Of a DNA stretch of 64,000 nucleotides, positions 44,491 through 55,169 are shown piece by piece. Under the pieces are notes generated by a model. That model made no database searches. It saw only the letters and a list, made by a program, of their open reading frames with translations, and was not told the origin of the DNA. The position numbers and the translations under genes are program-made. The DNA is taken from NCBI GenBank assembly GCA_963783365.1, contig CAWANI010000002.1, positions 42,778-106,777 on the forward strand, written 5' to 3'. This DNA comes from an uncultured delta proteobacterium (GTDB lineage Bacteria; Desulfobacterota; Desulfuromonadia; Desulfuromonadales; CAWANI01). Each line of letters starts with the position of its first letter. The stretch's first letter is position 1.

Positions 44491-45016
44491 AAACCTCGGT
44501 GGAGCCTGTCAAGGGCCTGATCCGCAGCGTCAGTTTTCTGCCTTTGCCGTTTTGCAGATGGATGACCGCCTCATCCAGCCAGCCGACCGGATAGATGTTC
44601 ATCGGGACATCGCCGGTAGTGAATTTCCCCCGTCCCGGGATGGTGATGTCCTCGAACCTGATATCCCTGTCGAGGTGCCGTTCCCGGCCGACGCCGCTCA
44701 CCGGGCTCACCGTTCCGTCCTTTTCCAGTCGCTTGGCGGCGTAAGTTTCCTGGTCGAGATTGAAAATCAGGCGGTACTGCAGGCCCGAGAGGGCGGACTC
44801 GTTGTAGAGATACTGGATCGATCCGGCCAGGCGGCGGGCCGAAACCTTCAGCCCGTCCGCGCCGATGCCCGTGATCATCGGCAAGCTCAGCATCGAGAAG
44901 AGGGCGATGATGAACAGGACGATGGTCAGTTCGATCAGGGTGAACCCCCGGCGATATTTCGAGGCCGGACCCGCCGAGGGATCTCGGCGGCAGGCCGCCT
45001 GGCGAACCGACCGCAC
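44465..45016 (-). CDS. gspH: type II secretion minor pseudopilin GspH
   Basis: 183 aa with the prepilin N-terminus RGFTLIELTIVLFII. Confidence 0.8.
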   Translation of the reverse strand: MRSVRQAACRRDPSAGPASKYRRGFTLIELTIVLFIIALFSMLSLPMITGIGADGLKVSARRLAGSIQYLYNESALSGLQYRLIFNLDQETYAAKRLEKDGTVSPVSGVGRERHLDRDIRFEDITIPGRGKFTTGDVPMNIYPVGWLDEAVIHLQNGKGRKLTLRIRPLTGSTEVYEGYRDFS

Positions 45017-45019
45017 CTG

Positions 45020-45460
45020 TTACTCCAGCTCCCAGCTGTCGACGTCGGCGTTCTTGCCGTTGCCCCCCGGTTCGCCGTCGGAACCGTAGGAGATGATGTC
45101 GAAATCATCATGGATGCCGGGGCAGAGGTAGATGTATTGGCTCCCCCAGGGATCCGCCGGCAGTTTTTTCAGATAGCCGCCTTCGCGGTAACTGGTCGGG
45201 ATTCTCCCCACTTCCGGTTTTTTGACCAGGGCCGTAAGCCCTTGCTCGGTGGTCGGATAGGAACCGTTGTCGAGCTTGTAAAGATTCAGGGCCTCCTCGA
45301 GACTCTTGATCTCGACCTTAGCCTTGGTGCGCCGTGCCTGTTCCGGGCGGTCGAGCAGTTTGGGAATAACGATCCCCGCCAGGATGCCGAGGATGACCAC
45401 CACCACCATGATCTCGATCAGAGTGAAACCTTTGGAATTCTGCCAACGCGACCTTTTCAT
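45020..45460 (-). CDS. gspG: type II secretion major pseudopilin GspG
   Basis: MKRSRWQNSKGFTLIEIMVVVVILGILAGIVIPK...DPWG..Y is the canonical GspG pattern. Start at Met43 of ORF 45020..45586. Confidence 0.9.
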   Translation of the reverse strand: MKRSRWQNSKGFTLIEIMVVVVILGILAGIVIPKLLDRPEQARRTKAKVEIKSLEEALNLYKLDNGSYPTTEQGLTALVKKPEVGRIPTSYREGGYLKKLPADPWGSQYIYLCPGIHDDFDIISYGSDGEPGGNGKNADVDSWELE

Positions 45461-45595
45461 TTCTGCTCCTTGCCTGTAAAAATCACCCGTCGGGTGTGCT
45501 GAACGGAGGACTTCGAAACCTATCGAGTCCGCCGTTTTTGTTGGATTTTTGCCTTCAGGTCCTAAGGCTAGCCGCTTAAGCCTCAAGCCTGCCCT

Positions 45596-46817
45596 TTACC
45601 CCAGCCCGTTGCTGGCCTGGAAAATCGGCAGCAGGATGGCCATGACGATAAACCCCACCACCGTGCCCATCAGCAGGATCATCAACGGTTCCAGAAGAGA
45701 GAGCATGCCCGACATCGACATCTCCACCTGATGTTCGTAGGCATCCGCGACCCGGAAGAGCATGTTCTCGAGTTCACCGCTGCGTTCCCCGACGGCGGCC
45801 ATCTGCGCCACCATGGGCGGAAAGACCCCCGAGCGTTTCAGGGGGGCCGCCAGGTCTTCGCCCTCGCGCACGCAGACCGCCGTGTCTTCCAGGGCGTTGC
45901 GCAGCAGGCGGTTCTGCATCAGGTTCTTGGTGATATCCAGGGCGCTGAGCAGGGGCACGCCGCTGTGCAGCAGGGTGGCCAGGGTGCGGGTGAAGCGCGA
46001 GGTGGCGATCAGCAGGTTGAGTTTGCCGAACAGCGGCAGCGACAGGGCGAGCCGATCGACCGTCATGCGCCCCTGGTCGGTGCGGATATAGCGAACCACG
46101 GCCACGACGGCGAGGCCTAGAAAAATCAGGATCAGCCACCAGTAGGCCGTCAAAAAGCCGCTGGCCTTGATCAGGATCAGAGTGGGCAGCGGCAGGGCCT
46201 GGCCCAGGTCTTTGAGCATGTTGGTGACCTTGGGGACGACGAAGGCTACCAGAAAGCAGAGGACGCCGGTGCCGATCAGCGCCATCAGGATGGGATAGGC
46301 GACGGCAGCCTGGATGCGGCTTTTCAGCTTAGCCTGGTCTTCCAGAAAGTCGGCCAGGCGCTGCAAAACCTGATCGAGGGTGCCGCTGTTTTCCCCAACC
46401 TGGACCATATTGACGTAGAGGGCCGGGTAGATTCGGCCCTGCTTGCCCAGGGCGTGGTGGAGGGACTCGCCCTGGACCACCTCCTCGTGCACCCGGCTGA
46501 AGGAGCGGGACAGTGCCTGGTTCTCCAGCTGACTGCCGACGGTGGTCAGCGCCTCGTCGAGGGGAAGGCCCGCGCCGAGCAGGGTTGCCAGCTGGCGGGT
46601 GGCGCCGGCCAGCTCAACGGTCGGGAACCTTGCGGCCGATAGTGAGGTTGAAGCGGGCTTTTCCCTTGGTGGCGGCGTCGCTTTCCTCGCGCAGCACGGT
46701 GGGGAAAATGCCTTGTGTTCGAAGCTTCTGCAGAACGGCCCGCTTCCCCGACGCCTCGATCATTCCCGAGACCTTTTTGCCCGAGGCGTTCAGGCCGGCG
46801 TATTCGAAAAGAGGCAC
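45596..46817 (-). pseudogene. gspF: type II secretion inner-membrane platform protein GspF with one frameshift near 46620
   Basis: The N-terminal 67 aa (ORF 46614..46817, MPLFEYAGLNASGKK...) stop at 46614. The main frame continues PTVELAGATRQLATLLGAGLPLDEAL... through ORF 45596..46492. Confidence 0.85.
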
Positions 46818-46820
46818 TGG

Positions 46821-48395
46821 TTACACCTCCTCCTGGGTGACTCGCAGCACTTCTTCGATGGTCGTATCGCCTTTGAGGGCCATCGCCACGCCGGAGTCCC
46901 GCAATGACTTCATGCCCTTTTTTGCGGCCGCGCTTTTAATGCTCGCCGAGTCGCGATTCTGCAGCAGCAGATCCCGCACCTGATCGTCCACCGGCAGCAG
47001 TTCGAAAATCCCGGCCCGTCCCCGGTAGCCGATTTCCATGCACTGGTCGCAGCCCTGGCCGCGGTAGAAGGGGGCGCCGGCGGGAACGGCCTGGGCGAGT
47101 CCCATCTCCTGGAGCATCTCCGGCGTTGGCTGGTAGGCTTCCCGGCAGTGGGGGCAGATTTTTCGCACCAGGCGCTGGGCGAGAATGCCGACGATCGAGG
47201 AGGCGGCCAGGAAGGGCTCGATACCCATCTCCACCAGGCGGGTCAGGGCCCCGGCGGCGTCGTTGGTGTGCAGGGTGGAAAAAACCATGTGGCCGGTGAG
47301 GGCCGACTGGACGGCGATCTCGGCCGTTTCGCCGTCGCGGATCTCGCCGACCATGATGATGTCCGGGTCCTGGCGCAAAATGGAGCGCAGTCCGGCGGCG
47401 AAGGTCAGCTGGATCTTGGGATTGACCTGGATCTGGCCGACGCCGGCGAACTGGTATTCGATCGGGTCCTCGACGGTGATGATGTTCTTCTCCCGGCTGT
47501 TGAGGCGGGTGAGCGAGGCGTACAGGGTGGTGGTTTTGCCGGAGCCGGTGGGGCCGGTGACCAGGAAGATGCCGTGGCTCTTGTGGATCATGTCGTTGAC
47601 CTGCCGGAGCAGGACCGGCGCCATGCCGATCTCCTCGAGGGTGAGCACGTTGGAACTCTTATCGAGCAGGCGCAGCACCACCCGCTCGCCGAAGGCGGTG
47701 GGCAGGGTCGAGACGCGCACATCGATGTCCTTGCCGGCGATGCGCACCCGGAACCGGCCGTCCTGGGGAAGGCGCTTCTCGGCGATGTTGAGATTGGCCA
47801 TGATCTTGAGGCGCGAGATGATGCTCGCCTGGGCCTTGTGGGGGGGGCGCAGAACCTCGTAAAGGATGCCGTCGATGCGGTAACGGACCACCAGTTCCGC
47901 CTCGAAGGGCTCGATATGGATGTCGCTGGCCCGCTCCTTGTGCCCTTGCGTGATCAAGCTGTTGACGAAACGGATGATGGGGGCCTCGTCGGAGGCGTCG
48001 AGAAGGTCTTCGGGTTCCAGGTTGCGGGCCAGCGATTCGGCGCCGCCCCCTTCGATATCCTCGACGAACTCCTGGGCTTCGCCGGATCGCCGTTCGTAAC
48101 TGCGATTGATGGCGCGCTGGATCTCCTCGGGCGTGGTGACCGCAACATCGACCACCTCTTTGGTCAGGGTCGCCAGGTCGTTCAGGGGGCGGGTGTCGAG
48201 GGGATCGGCGACCGCCACCCGGAACCGGCCATCCCGGCGTTCGAGGGGAAAGATCCGGTATTCCTTGAGAAAGGTGATCGGGACCAGATCGAGCAGGTCG
48301 CCTTCAGGGAGCTCGGCGGGGATCACCTCGAGATAGGGCAGGCTCTGTTGCAGGGCCAGTGCCCTGTTCAGGGTCTCGTGGGAAATCGCCTTCAT
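46821..48395 (-). CDS. gspE: type II secretion ATPase GspE
   Basis: 524 aa with Walker A GPTGSGKTTT, Asp/His boxes and the tetracysteine motif CPHC...CDQC. Confidence 0.95.
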   Translation of the reverse strand: MKAISHETLNRALALQQSLPYLEVIPAELPEGDLLDLVPITFLKEYRIFPLERRDGRFRVAVADPLDTRPLNDLATLTKEVVDVAVTTPEEIQRAINRSYERRSGEAQEFVEDIEGGGAESLARNLEPEDLLDASDEAPIIRFVNSLITQGHKERASDIHIEPFEAELVVRYRIDGILYEVLRPPHKAQASIISRLKIMANLNIAEKRLPQDGRFRVRIAGKDIDVRVSTLPTAFGERVVLRLLDKSSNVLTLEEIGMAPVLLRQVNDMIHKSHGIFLVTGPTGSGKTTTLYASLTRLNSREKNIITVEDPIEYQFAGVGQIQVNPKIQLTFAAGLRSILRQDPDIIMVGEIRDGETAEIAVQSALTGHMVFSTLHTNDAAGALTRLVEMGIEPFLAASSIVGILAQRLVRKICPHCREAYQPTPEMLQEMGLAQAVPAGAPFYRGQGCDQCMEIGYRGRAGIFELLPVDDQVRDLLLQNRDSASIKSAAAKKGMKSLRDSGVAMALKGDTTIEEVLRVTQEEV

Positions 48396-48528
48396 GCCGA
48401 TCAGGATTTCTCCCAGTAGACGGCCGTTGTCCTGCTGTAGTTGCAGCGCCTCATCGATTTTTCGGGAATCAACGCTGAACTCGGTTTGCAGAATTTCTCC
48501 AAGTAAGCTTCCAGCTTGTCATGAATCC

Positions 48529-50634
48529 TCAATGGTCCGCCGGGGGATCTGCGGGGGCCGCAGTGGGCAGGGCCGGTTTTTTTGGTTGGGGGTACGACTG
48601 GGATTCCACCGTCGGCAGGATTCCCTTGTTGGCCTTATTCAAGGCTCTTTGACCCCGTTTCGTCACCTGGGTCAGGTCTTCGGCGTTTTTGATGATTTTC
48701 GGGGTGATGAAAATCAGCAGATTGGTCTTTTTGTCGGTGGTGCTCTGATGTCGGAACAGGCAGCCCAGCAGCGGAATGTCTCCCAGCAGGGGCACTTTGC
48801 TCACCGTATGCTGTACGTTGTTGCTGATCAGCCCGCCCAGAACGATGGTTTTGCCGTCTTCGGCCAGGACCGTGTTCTTGAGCAGGCGCTTGGTGAAGGT
48901 CGGGCCGACCTGGTCGACGTTGCCGACGCTGGTCTGGGCGAGGTCGGTGATCTCCTGATCGACCTGGAGCCGCACCCGGTTCCCCTCGGTGATCTGCGGG
49001 GTGATCTTCAGGTCGAGGGCGACGTCCTTGCGTTCGACCGAAACGCTGGTCGCCAGGCCGGTGGAGGTCTGCGGTGGCCGAGCCGACCGCATTGGTCAGC
49101 CGCGAGGTAATGATCGGCACGTTGTAGCCGACCAGGATTTCGGCTTCCTCGTTGTCCGAGGTCAGCAGGCTCGGCGCCGACAGGATATTGACGTCCGAGT
49201 TGGTTTTAGACAGATCGATCAGGGCCGACAGTGCCGGTACCGTGACAGGCTTGCCGTCCGGGCCGTTGACGGTGATCGGATTGAAGAGGCCGCCCAGCAG
49301 GATGCCGTTGATCGTCTTGCCCAGCAGGCTCGGCGTACTGCCCGAGGCGGGAGCCAGATCGCTGAGCGAGGCTGGACCGGAATTCAGGTTGCTGGTGCCG
49401 AAGACGAGCGCTGTTGCCGCCGGTGGCCACCGCCCCCTGCAGGGAGGCGCCTAGTTGTTCGGTGGCGTCCATCGACAGCTCCAGGATCAGGGCTTCGACG
49501 AAGACCTGCTTGCGCTTGATGTCGAGCTGTCTGACGATCCCCTTGATGGTGTCGTAGTCCTCCGGGGTGGCGTTGACGATCAGCGAGTTGGTCGGCTTGT
49601 CGGCGGTGATGGTGACTTTTCCCTCGCTTAGCCCCGCAGAGGGCTGCCCCGGGCGGGCGGGCGTCGGTTTCTGCTGGGCCTTGAGGCCGGTCAGGATTTC
49701 GTTGAGGGTTTTCGCCAGGGTCTCCGCATCGGCGTTTTCCAGATAGTAGACGTTGATATGCGAGCGTTCCTCGGAGGGCTTCTGGTCGAGCTCCTTCACC
49801 AGCGATTCGATGGTGGCCAGATCATCGGGATCCGCCATGACCACCAGGGAGTTGGTGTTGCTGTAGGAGAGAATCTTGCTGACCGCCTTGCCCCCGGCGG
49901 TCCGCACATTCCCCACTCGGCCGCGTCTCGACTACCCTGGTTGTGCCCTGGCTGATGATCTGGGTGCCGAGCTTGGCCACTTCTTCGGCGTCGGCGTATT
50001 TGAGGGGAATGACCTTCAACTCCTCCTGGGAGTTGGGGACGTCCAGTTGCCGGATGATTTCGACCAGCCGGTTGATGTTGGCGGCGTTGTCGGTAATGAT
50101 CAGGGTGTTTGTCGGCGCATAGGCGACGATGTTGCTGGTCCGGGGGATCAGCGGGGTCAGCACGGTCTGGGCGAGAACGGTGGCGTCGACGTTCTGCAGG
50201 GGGATGATGCGGGTGACGTATTGCTCTCCGACCTTGTGGATATTATGGTCCAGCAGCGTCGGCAGGTTGTTCTCCCGCGCCACGCGGATCGAGATGATCT
50301 TGTTGACATCCCCCGAGGGAACAATGGTGTAACCCTTCACGGAAAGCACCGTCAGAAACACGTGGTAAGCCTCGTCGAGGGTCATGCTGGTCGGAGAGAT
50401 AATCGTCACCTTGCCCTTGACTGTGTCGTCATAGATGAAATTTTTCCCCGTCAGCTCGCTGATCGTCTGAATGAGATCAGGCAACTCGATATCCTTGAAG
50501 TCGAGAGAGACCTTCCCTGAGGCAGTCTTCTGGACCGGGTTTTTTTTCTGCTGGGCGGCGGCGTTGCCCGGCAGCCCCAGGATCACGCAGATCAATAGCA
50601 GGCAGCCGAGGGGAAAGAGCTGTTTTGTCGTCAC
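48529..50634 (-). pseudogene. gspD: type II secretion secretin GspD with at least 3 frameshifts (near 49920, 49410, 49085)
   Basis: The GTG start at 50634 follows AGGAGG, with signal peptide VTTKQLFPLGCLLLICVILGLPGNAAA. The secretin sequence is spread over ORFs 49822..50679, 49206..49916, 48635..49120 and 48529..49092 in different frames. Confidence 0.85.
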
Positions 50635-50719
50635 TTTGAGCGTCCTCCTAATCAGTTCCCATCCGGGACCGGGAACCAACGAATTAAATGCGAATTGGCG
50701 TTGTTTTCATCTCGAAAAC

Positions 50720-51643
50720 TCAGTTCACTTCATACTCAAAGCTCTCCGGCTTGCCGTTGCGCTCCAGGCCGATGGTGATGTGCCGGGCCTCCCGCAATTG
50801 CTGGAAAATCTGCAGTGCCTGCTCCGGACTGTTCAGGTCCACGCCGTTCACCTGCCGGACGATGTCTCCAGGCTTGAGACCGAGCATGGCGATGAAGGAG
50901 CGGGGCTGCACCATTTTGACCATAAAGCCGTCGGTCTTGCCGTTGACCATATTGGGAACCATGCGCGCCTGGCTGAGCAGCTGGTTCAGATTCCCGCGGG
51001 CTTTTTCCGCCTCATCCCGGGGGATGACGAAACGGTTGCCGCCGAGCGAGCGAATTCCCTGCCCCGTCACCCCTGCGCTCCGGGCTGAAGGTGCGGGGGC
51101 CGCTCGGGAAGCCGTGGGACCGCCGGTGGCTTTGCTTTGTTTCCGATCCTTCTCGAACAGGAAAAGGTTCCCCTCGGAGCCATCGGCATTTTTAATGGTG
51201 ACACGCACCCGTTCGACTTTCTCGAGATGCCCCCCGCCGGGAACCTCGTCTTTCAGGCGATAGGTGTCGATTTTCCGGTTTGCGGCGATGACCGCCAGGG
51301 AATCATCTCCCGCCACCACCGTTCCGAGAAGGGTGAGGTCCGTGCGTGGCGCGGGGGCGGTCGATGTCGCTTTTTCCTGGCTTTTCAAGGGGGCCAGAGA
51401 GGCGCTGTTGTGGGCGGAGGAGTCAAAAATATCCCGCTGGAGGATGATGCCGAATTCGGAAAGCGAGGCTTTTCTGGCGGGGGCGGGGAGGGCCTTGGTC
51501 TGCGCGTTGGAAATGGCTGACGCCGGGCTGAGGTAAACCCCGAGGCTGGTGGCGGCAAGATGTCCCAGCGAAATACCGAGCAGAACCACCAACAGCAGGC
51601 AGAGAACCTGGAAATACTTTTGGAAAAATGTCAACATTAGCAA
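50720..51643 (-). CDS. gspC: type II secretion protein GspC (N-terminal anchor, C-terminal PDZ)
   Basis: 307 aa with an N-terminal TM segment and a C-terminal PDZ-like GLKPGDIVRQVNGVDL. It is the first gene of the gsp cluster. Confidence 0.7.
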   Translation of the reverse strand: MLMLTFFQKYFQVLCLLLVVLLGISLGHLAATSLGVYLSPASAISNAQTKALPAPARKASLSEFGIILQRDIFDSSAHNSASLAPLKSQEKATSTAPAPRTDLTLLGTVVAGDDSLAVIAANRKIDTYRLKDEVPGGGHLEKVERVRVTIKNADGSEGNLFLFEKDRKQSKATGGPTASRAAPAPSARSAGVTGQGIRSLGGNRFVIPRDEAEKARGNLNQLLSQARMVPNMVNGKTDGFMVKMVQPRSFIAMLGLKPGDIVRQVNGVDLNSPEQALQIFQQLREARHITIGLERNGKPESFEYEVN

Positions 51644-51862
51644 CTCTCAATAGAGTGACGTGCGGCTGAAAAGGAACTATACCCGAATCCGAGATTAAAG
51701 TCAAAACCCCCGGAACACAAGAGTTTTCTCAAAGGCTGCGAAAAGGATGGGAAAAGCTCCGAGGCCGGAGATTTCCCCATAATTATACCCCTGAGGAAGC
51801 TTGGATTTTCCGCCGCCCTGTGAAATAATGCCGCATTCCTTTTCCGGAGAGCGGAGACATCC

Positions 51863-54556
51863 ATGACCGATCAACCCAAACGGCTCTACCTTATCGATGG
51901 TTCAAGCTATATCTACCGCGCCTATTTTGCCATCCGTCATCTTTCGAACTCGAAAGGGATGGCCACCAACGCCGTTTACGGCTTCATCAACATGCTGCTC
52001 AAGGTGGTGCGCGAGCAGGCAGCCCGACCACCTGGCGGTGATCTTCGACGCCCGCGGGCCGACCTTCCGCAAAGAGCTCTACCCCGAATACAAGGCCAAC
52101 CGCGCCCAGATGCCGGAGGACCTGGTGCCGCAGGTGCCGGTGATCAAGGAGGTGGTGCGCGGCCTTCAACATGCCGGCCATCGAAAAGCAGGGGTTCGAG
52201 GCCGACGACATCATCGCCACCCTGGCGAAGACGTTTCGCCGCCGAGGGGCTGGAGGTGACGGTGGTCACCGGCGACAAGGATCTGATGCAGGTCGTTTCG
52301 GACCGAATCCGGCTGCTCGACACCATGAAGGATCAGGTCTCGGGGCTGGCGGAGGTCGGCCGAGCGCTTCGGCGGCACCCCGGAGAAGGTGATCGAGGTC
52401 CAGGCGCTCGCCGGCGACAGCTCCGACAACGTCCCCGGGGTTCCCGGCGTCGGCGAGAAGACGGCGGTGAAGCTGATCCGGCAGTTCGGCAGCGGTGGAG
52501 AATCTGCTCGCCAACCTCGACCGGGTCAAGGGCAAGCTGCAGGAGAAGCTGCGCGAATTCGCCGACCAGGCGCGCCTCTCGAAGCAGCTGGTGACCCTCC
52601 GGGACGACGTCCCCCTCGATCTCGACTACGACAGTTTCGCCCTCACCCCACCGGACAACGCGGCGCTGACGGCGCTGTTCAAGGAAATGGAGTTTCACAA
52701 GCTGCTGCAGGAGTTCTCCAGCGACGAGCGCGCCACCGGCGAGGGGTATCGGGGGGTGCTCGACGAGGCGGAGCTCGACGCCGGCTGGTCGAAGCGCTGC
52801 GGGAGGCCGAACAGCTTCGCCTTCGACACCGAGACCACCAGCCTCGATGCGGTGCGCGCCGACCTGGTGGGGCTCTCCTTCGCGGTGCGCCCGGGCGAGG
52901 CCTGGTACCTTCCCGGTCGGGCATTACTACCTGGGCGTTCCCGAGCAGCTCGATCAGCGCTCGGGTGCTGGAGACGGCTGCGCCCGCTCTTCACCGGAAG
53001 ACCCGGCCAACGCCCAAGATCGGCCAGAACGCCAAGTACGACGCCCTGGTGCTGCGCCGGGCCGGGATCGAGGTGCGAGGGAATCGCCGTCGATACCATG
53101 CTCGCCTCCTATCTGGCCAACCCGGCGGCCAACTCCCACGGCATGGACGCCTGGCCGCCGAGCTGCTCGGCTACAAGACCATCAGCTACAAGGAGATGAC
53201 CGGCAGCGTGCAAGAACCAGATCGGCTTCGCCGAGGTCGAGGTGGAAAAGGCGATCGTCTACGCCGCCGAGGACGCCGACATCACCCTGCGCCTGGCGCA
53301 GAAGCTGGAGCCGCAGCTCGCTGGAGACGGCCAGGAGAAGCTCTTCCGCGAGGTGGAGATGCCGCTGGTGGAGGTGCTCACCGACATGGAGTGGACCGGG
53401 GTGCGCATCGACGCCGACTTTCTCGGCAACCTCTCCCAGGAGATGGCCGGCAAGCTGGCCGACCCTGGAGAAGGAGATCCATGCATCTGGCCGGCGGGCC
53501 CTTCAACGTCGCCTCGCCCAAGCAGCTCGGCGAGGTCCTCTTCGAGCGCCTGGGGCTGCCGCGGGGCAGGAAGACCAAGACCGGCTGGTCGACGGACGTC
53601 GAGGTGCTGACCAAACTCGCCGCCGAGCAGCCGATCGCCGCCCGCATTCTCGAACTACCGCTCCCTCGCCAAGCTCAAGGGCACCTACATGCGACGCCCT
53701 GCCGAAGCTGGTCAACCCCGAGACCGGGCGCATCCACACCTCCTTCAACCAGGCGGTGACCGCCACCGGCCGGCTCTCCTCCAGCGACCCCAACCTGCAG
53801 AACATCCCGATCCGCAGCGAGGAGGGGGGGCGCATCCGCGAGGCCTTCATCCCGGCCGAGGGCAACCTGCTCCTCTCCGCCGACTACTCCCAGGTCGAGC
53901 TGCGCCTGCTGGCCCACCTGGCCGACGAGGCGGTGCTCAAGGAGGCCTTCGCCAAGGGCGAGGACATCCACGCCCGCACCGCCAGCGAGGTCTTCGGCGT
54001 CTTTCCCGAGATGGTCACCCCCGAGATGCGCCGCCAGGCCAAGACCATCAACTTCGGGGTGATCTACGGCATGGGCGCCTTCAGCCTCGGCAAGGATCTC
54101 GGCATCCCGACCCGCGAGGCGCAGACCTTCATCGACAACTACTTCGCCCGCTACCCCGGCATCAAGGCCTTCATGGAGAGCAAGAGGAAGCAGGCCCGCG
54201 AGAAGCTCTACGTGACCACTCTTCTCGGACGGCGCTGCGCCGTGCCGGAGATCCAGAGCAAGAACGGCGCGATCCGCAGCTACGCCGAGCGCAACGCCAT
54301 CAACTACCCGATCCAGGGATCGGCCGCCGACCTCATCAAGGTCGCCATGGTGCACATCCACGAGCGGCTCGCAAAGGAGGGGCTGCGGGCCAAAATGGTG
54401 CTGCAGGTCCACGACGAACTGGTCTTCGACGTGCCCGAGGCGGAACTGGAACAGGTGCGTACCCTGGTGCGCGAGGAGATGGAGGGGGCGATGCCCCTCG
54501 ATGTGCCGCTGGTGGTCGATATCGGCGTCGGGCAAAACTGGCGCGAGGCGCATTAG
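51863..54556 (+). pseudogene. polA: DNA polymerase I, reading frame broken about 17 times between about 52.02 and 53.66 kb
   Basis: Recognisable PolA segments alternate among all three + frames: MTDQPKRLYLIDGSSYIYRAYFA; PDHLAVIFDARGPTFR; EADDIIATLA; VVTGDKDL; [19 protein letters not shown]; [10 protein letters not shown]. From about 53.69 kb the frame runs intact to the polymerase motifs (SADYSQVELRLLAH, QVHDELVF). Confidence 0.9.
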
Positions 54557-54685
54557 CCCGATCAGCCGGGAGGTCGCGGGTTCGGCCGCGTATCGAGGTC
54601 CGGGGTGAAAATGTCGGGGTGTGCCGAATCGGGCCTAAATATATTGGGGTTTGCCCAATCGACCCTAACAATGCCGCAGTGAGGC

Positions 54686-54711
54686 GGGTACCGTGAGGCA
54701 CTGCCCCGATC
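54686..54711. repeat. short repeat R3, copy 2
   Basis: gggtaccgtgaggcactgccccgatc matches 28564..28589. Confidence 0.75.
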
Positions 54712-54780
54712 CCGTGGAGTTGCCACGGAAGCAGTGTCCGGATTATTTCCCCGGCGGTTCGAAAAAGATCCGAATCCGGG

Positions 54781-54882
54781 CAAAAGAAATGCTCCCGGCA
54801 GGGAAAGGCATTTTTCGCTTCCTTTTGTTGCCGTTTGGACAAAAGGAAGGCGTCTGGCGGGACGCGACCCGCCTTCGCCTGG
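54781..54882. repeat. flanking module of the 34-bp array (inverted relative to 9950..10053)
   Basis: Starts with the boundary motif caaaagaaatgctcccggcagg, then the hairpins ccttttgt/acaaaagg and ggcggg/cccgcc. Confidence 0.8.
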
Positions 54883-55086
54883 GGCTTCGGCGGCCAGGCC
54901 CGCCGGGTTTGCCTGGGGCTTCGGCGGCCAGGCCCGCCGGTTTTGCCTGGGGCTTCGGCGGCCAGGCCCGCCGTTTTTGCCTGGGGCTTCGGCGGCCAGG
55001 CCCGCCGGATTTGCCTTGGGCTTCGGCGGTCAGGCCCGCCGGATTTGCCTTGGGCTTCGGCGGCCAGGCCCGCCGGATTTGCTTTG
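54883..55086. repeat. tandem array of 6 x 34-bp units (ggcttcggcggccaggcccgccggNtttgccYKg), reverse orientation of the 9.8-kb array
   Basis: Counted directly. Units abut without spacers. Confidence 0.9.
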
Positions 55087-55169
55087 CGATCTTTTTTCCT
55101 GCCCTTTGAATAGAAACCTTTGAAATATTTTTCCCGGTCTTACGCCAGAGTCCGGCGAAGGAGAGAACC

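Noticed and set aside
51863-54556. Interpreting polA, and the other broken genes, as genuine decaying pseudogenes or programmed frameshifts
   Set aside because: There are too many breaks (about one per 100 bp), yet the peptide segments between them are well preserved. There are no slippery-site patterns, and the breaks cluster in the GC-richest genes. Sequencing or assembly indels are the simpler explanation, though this is unproven without reads.
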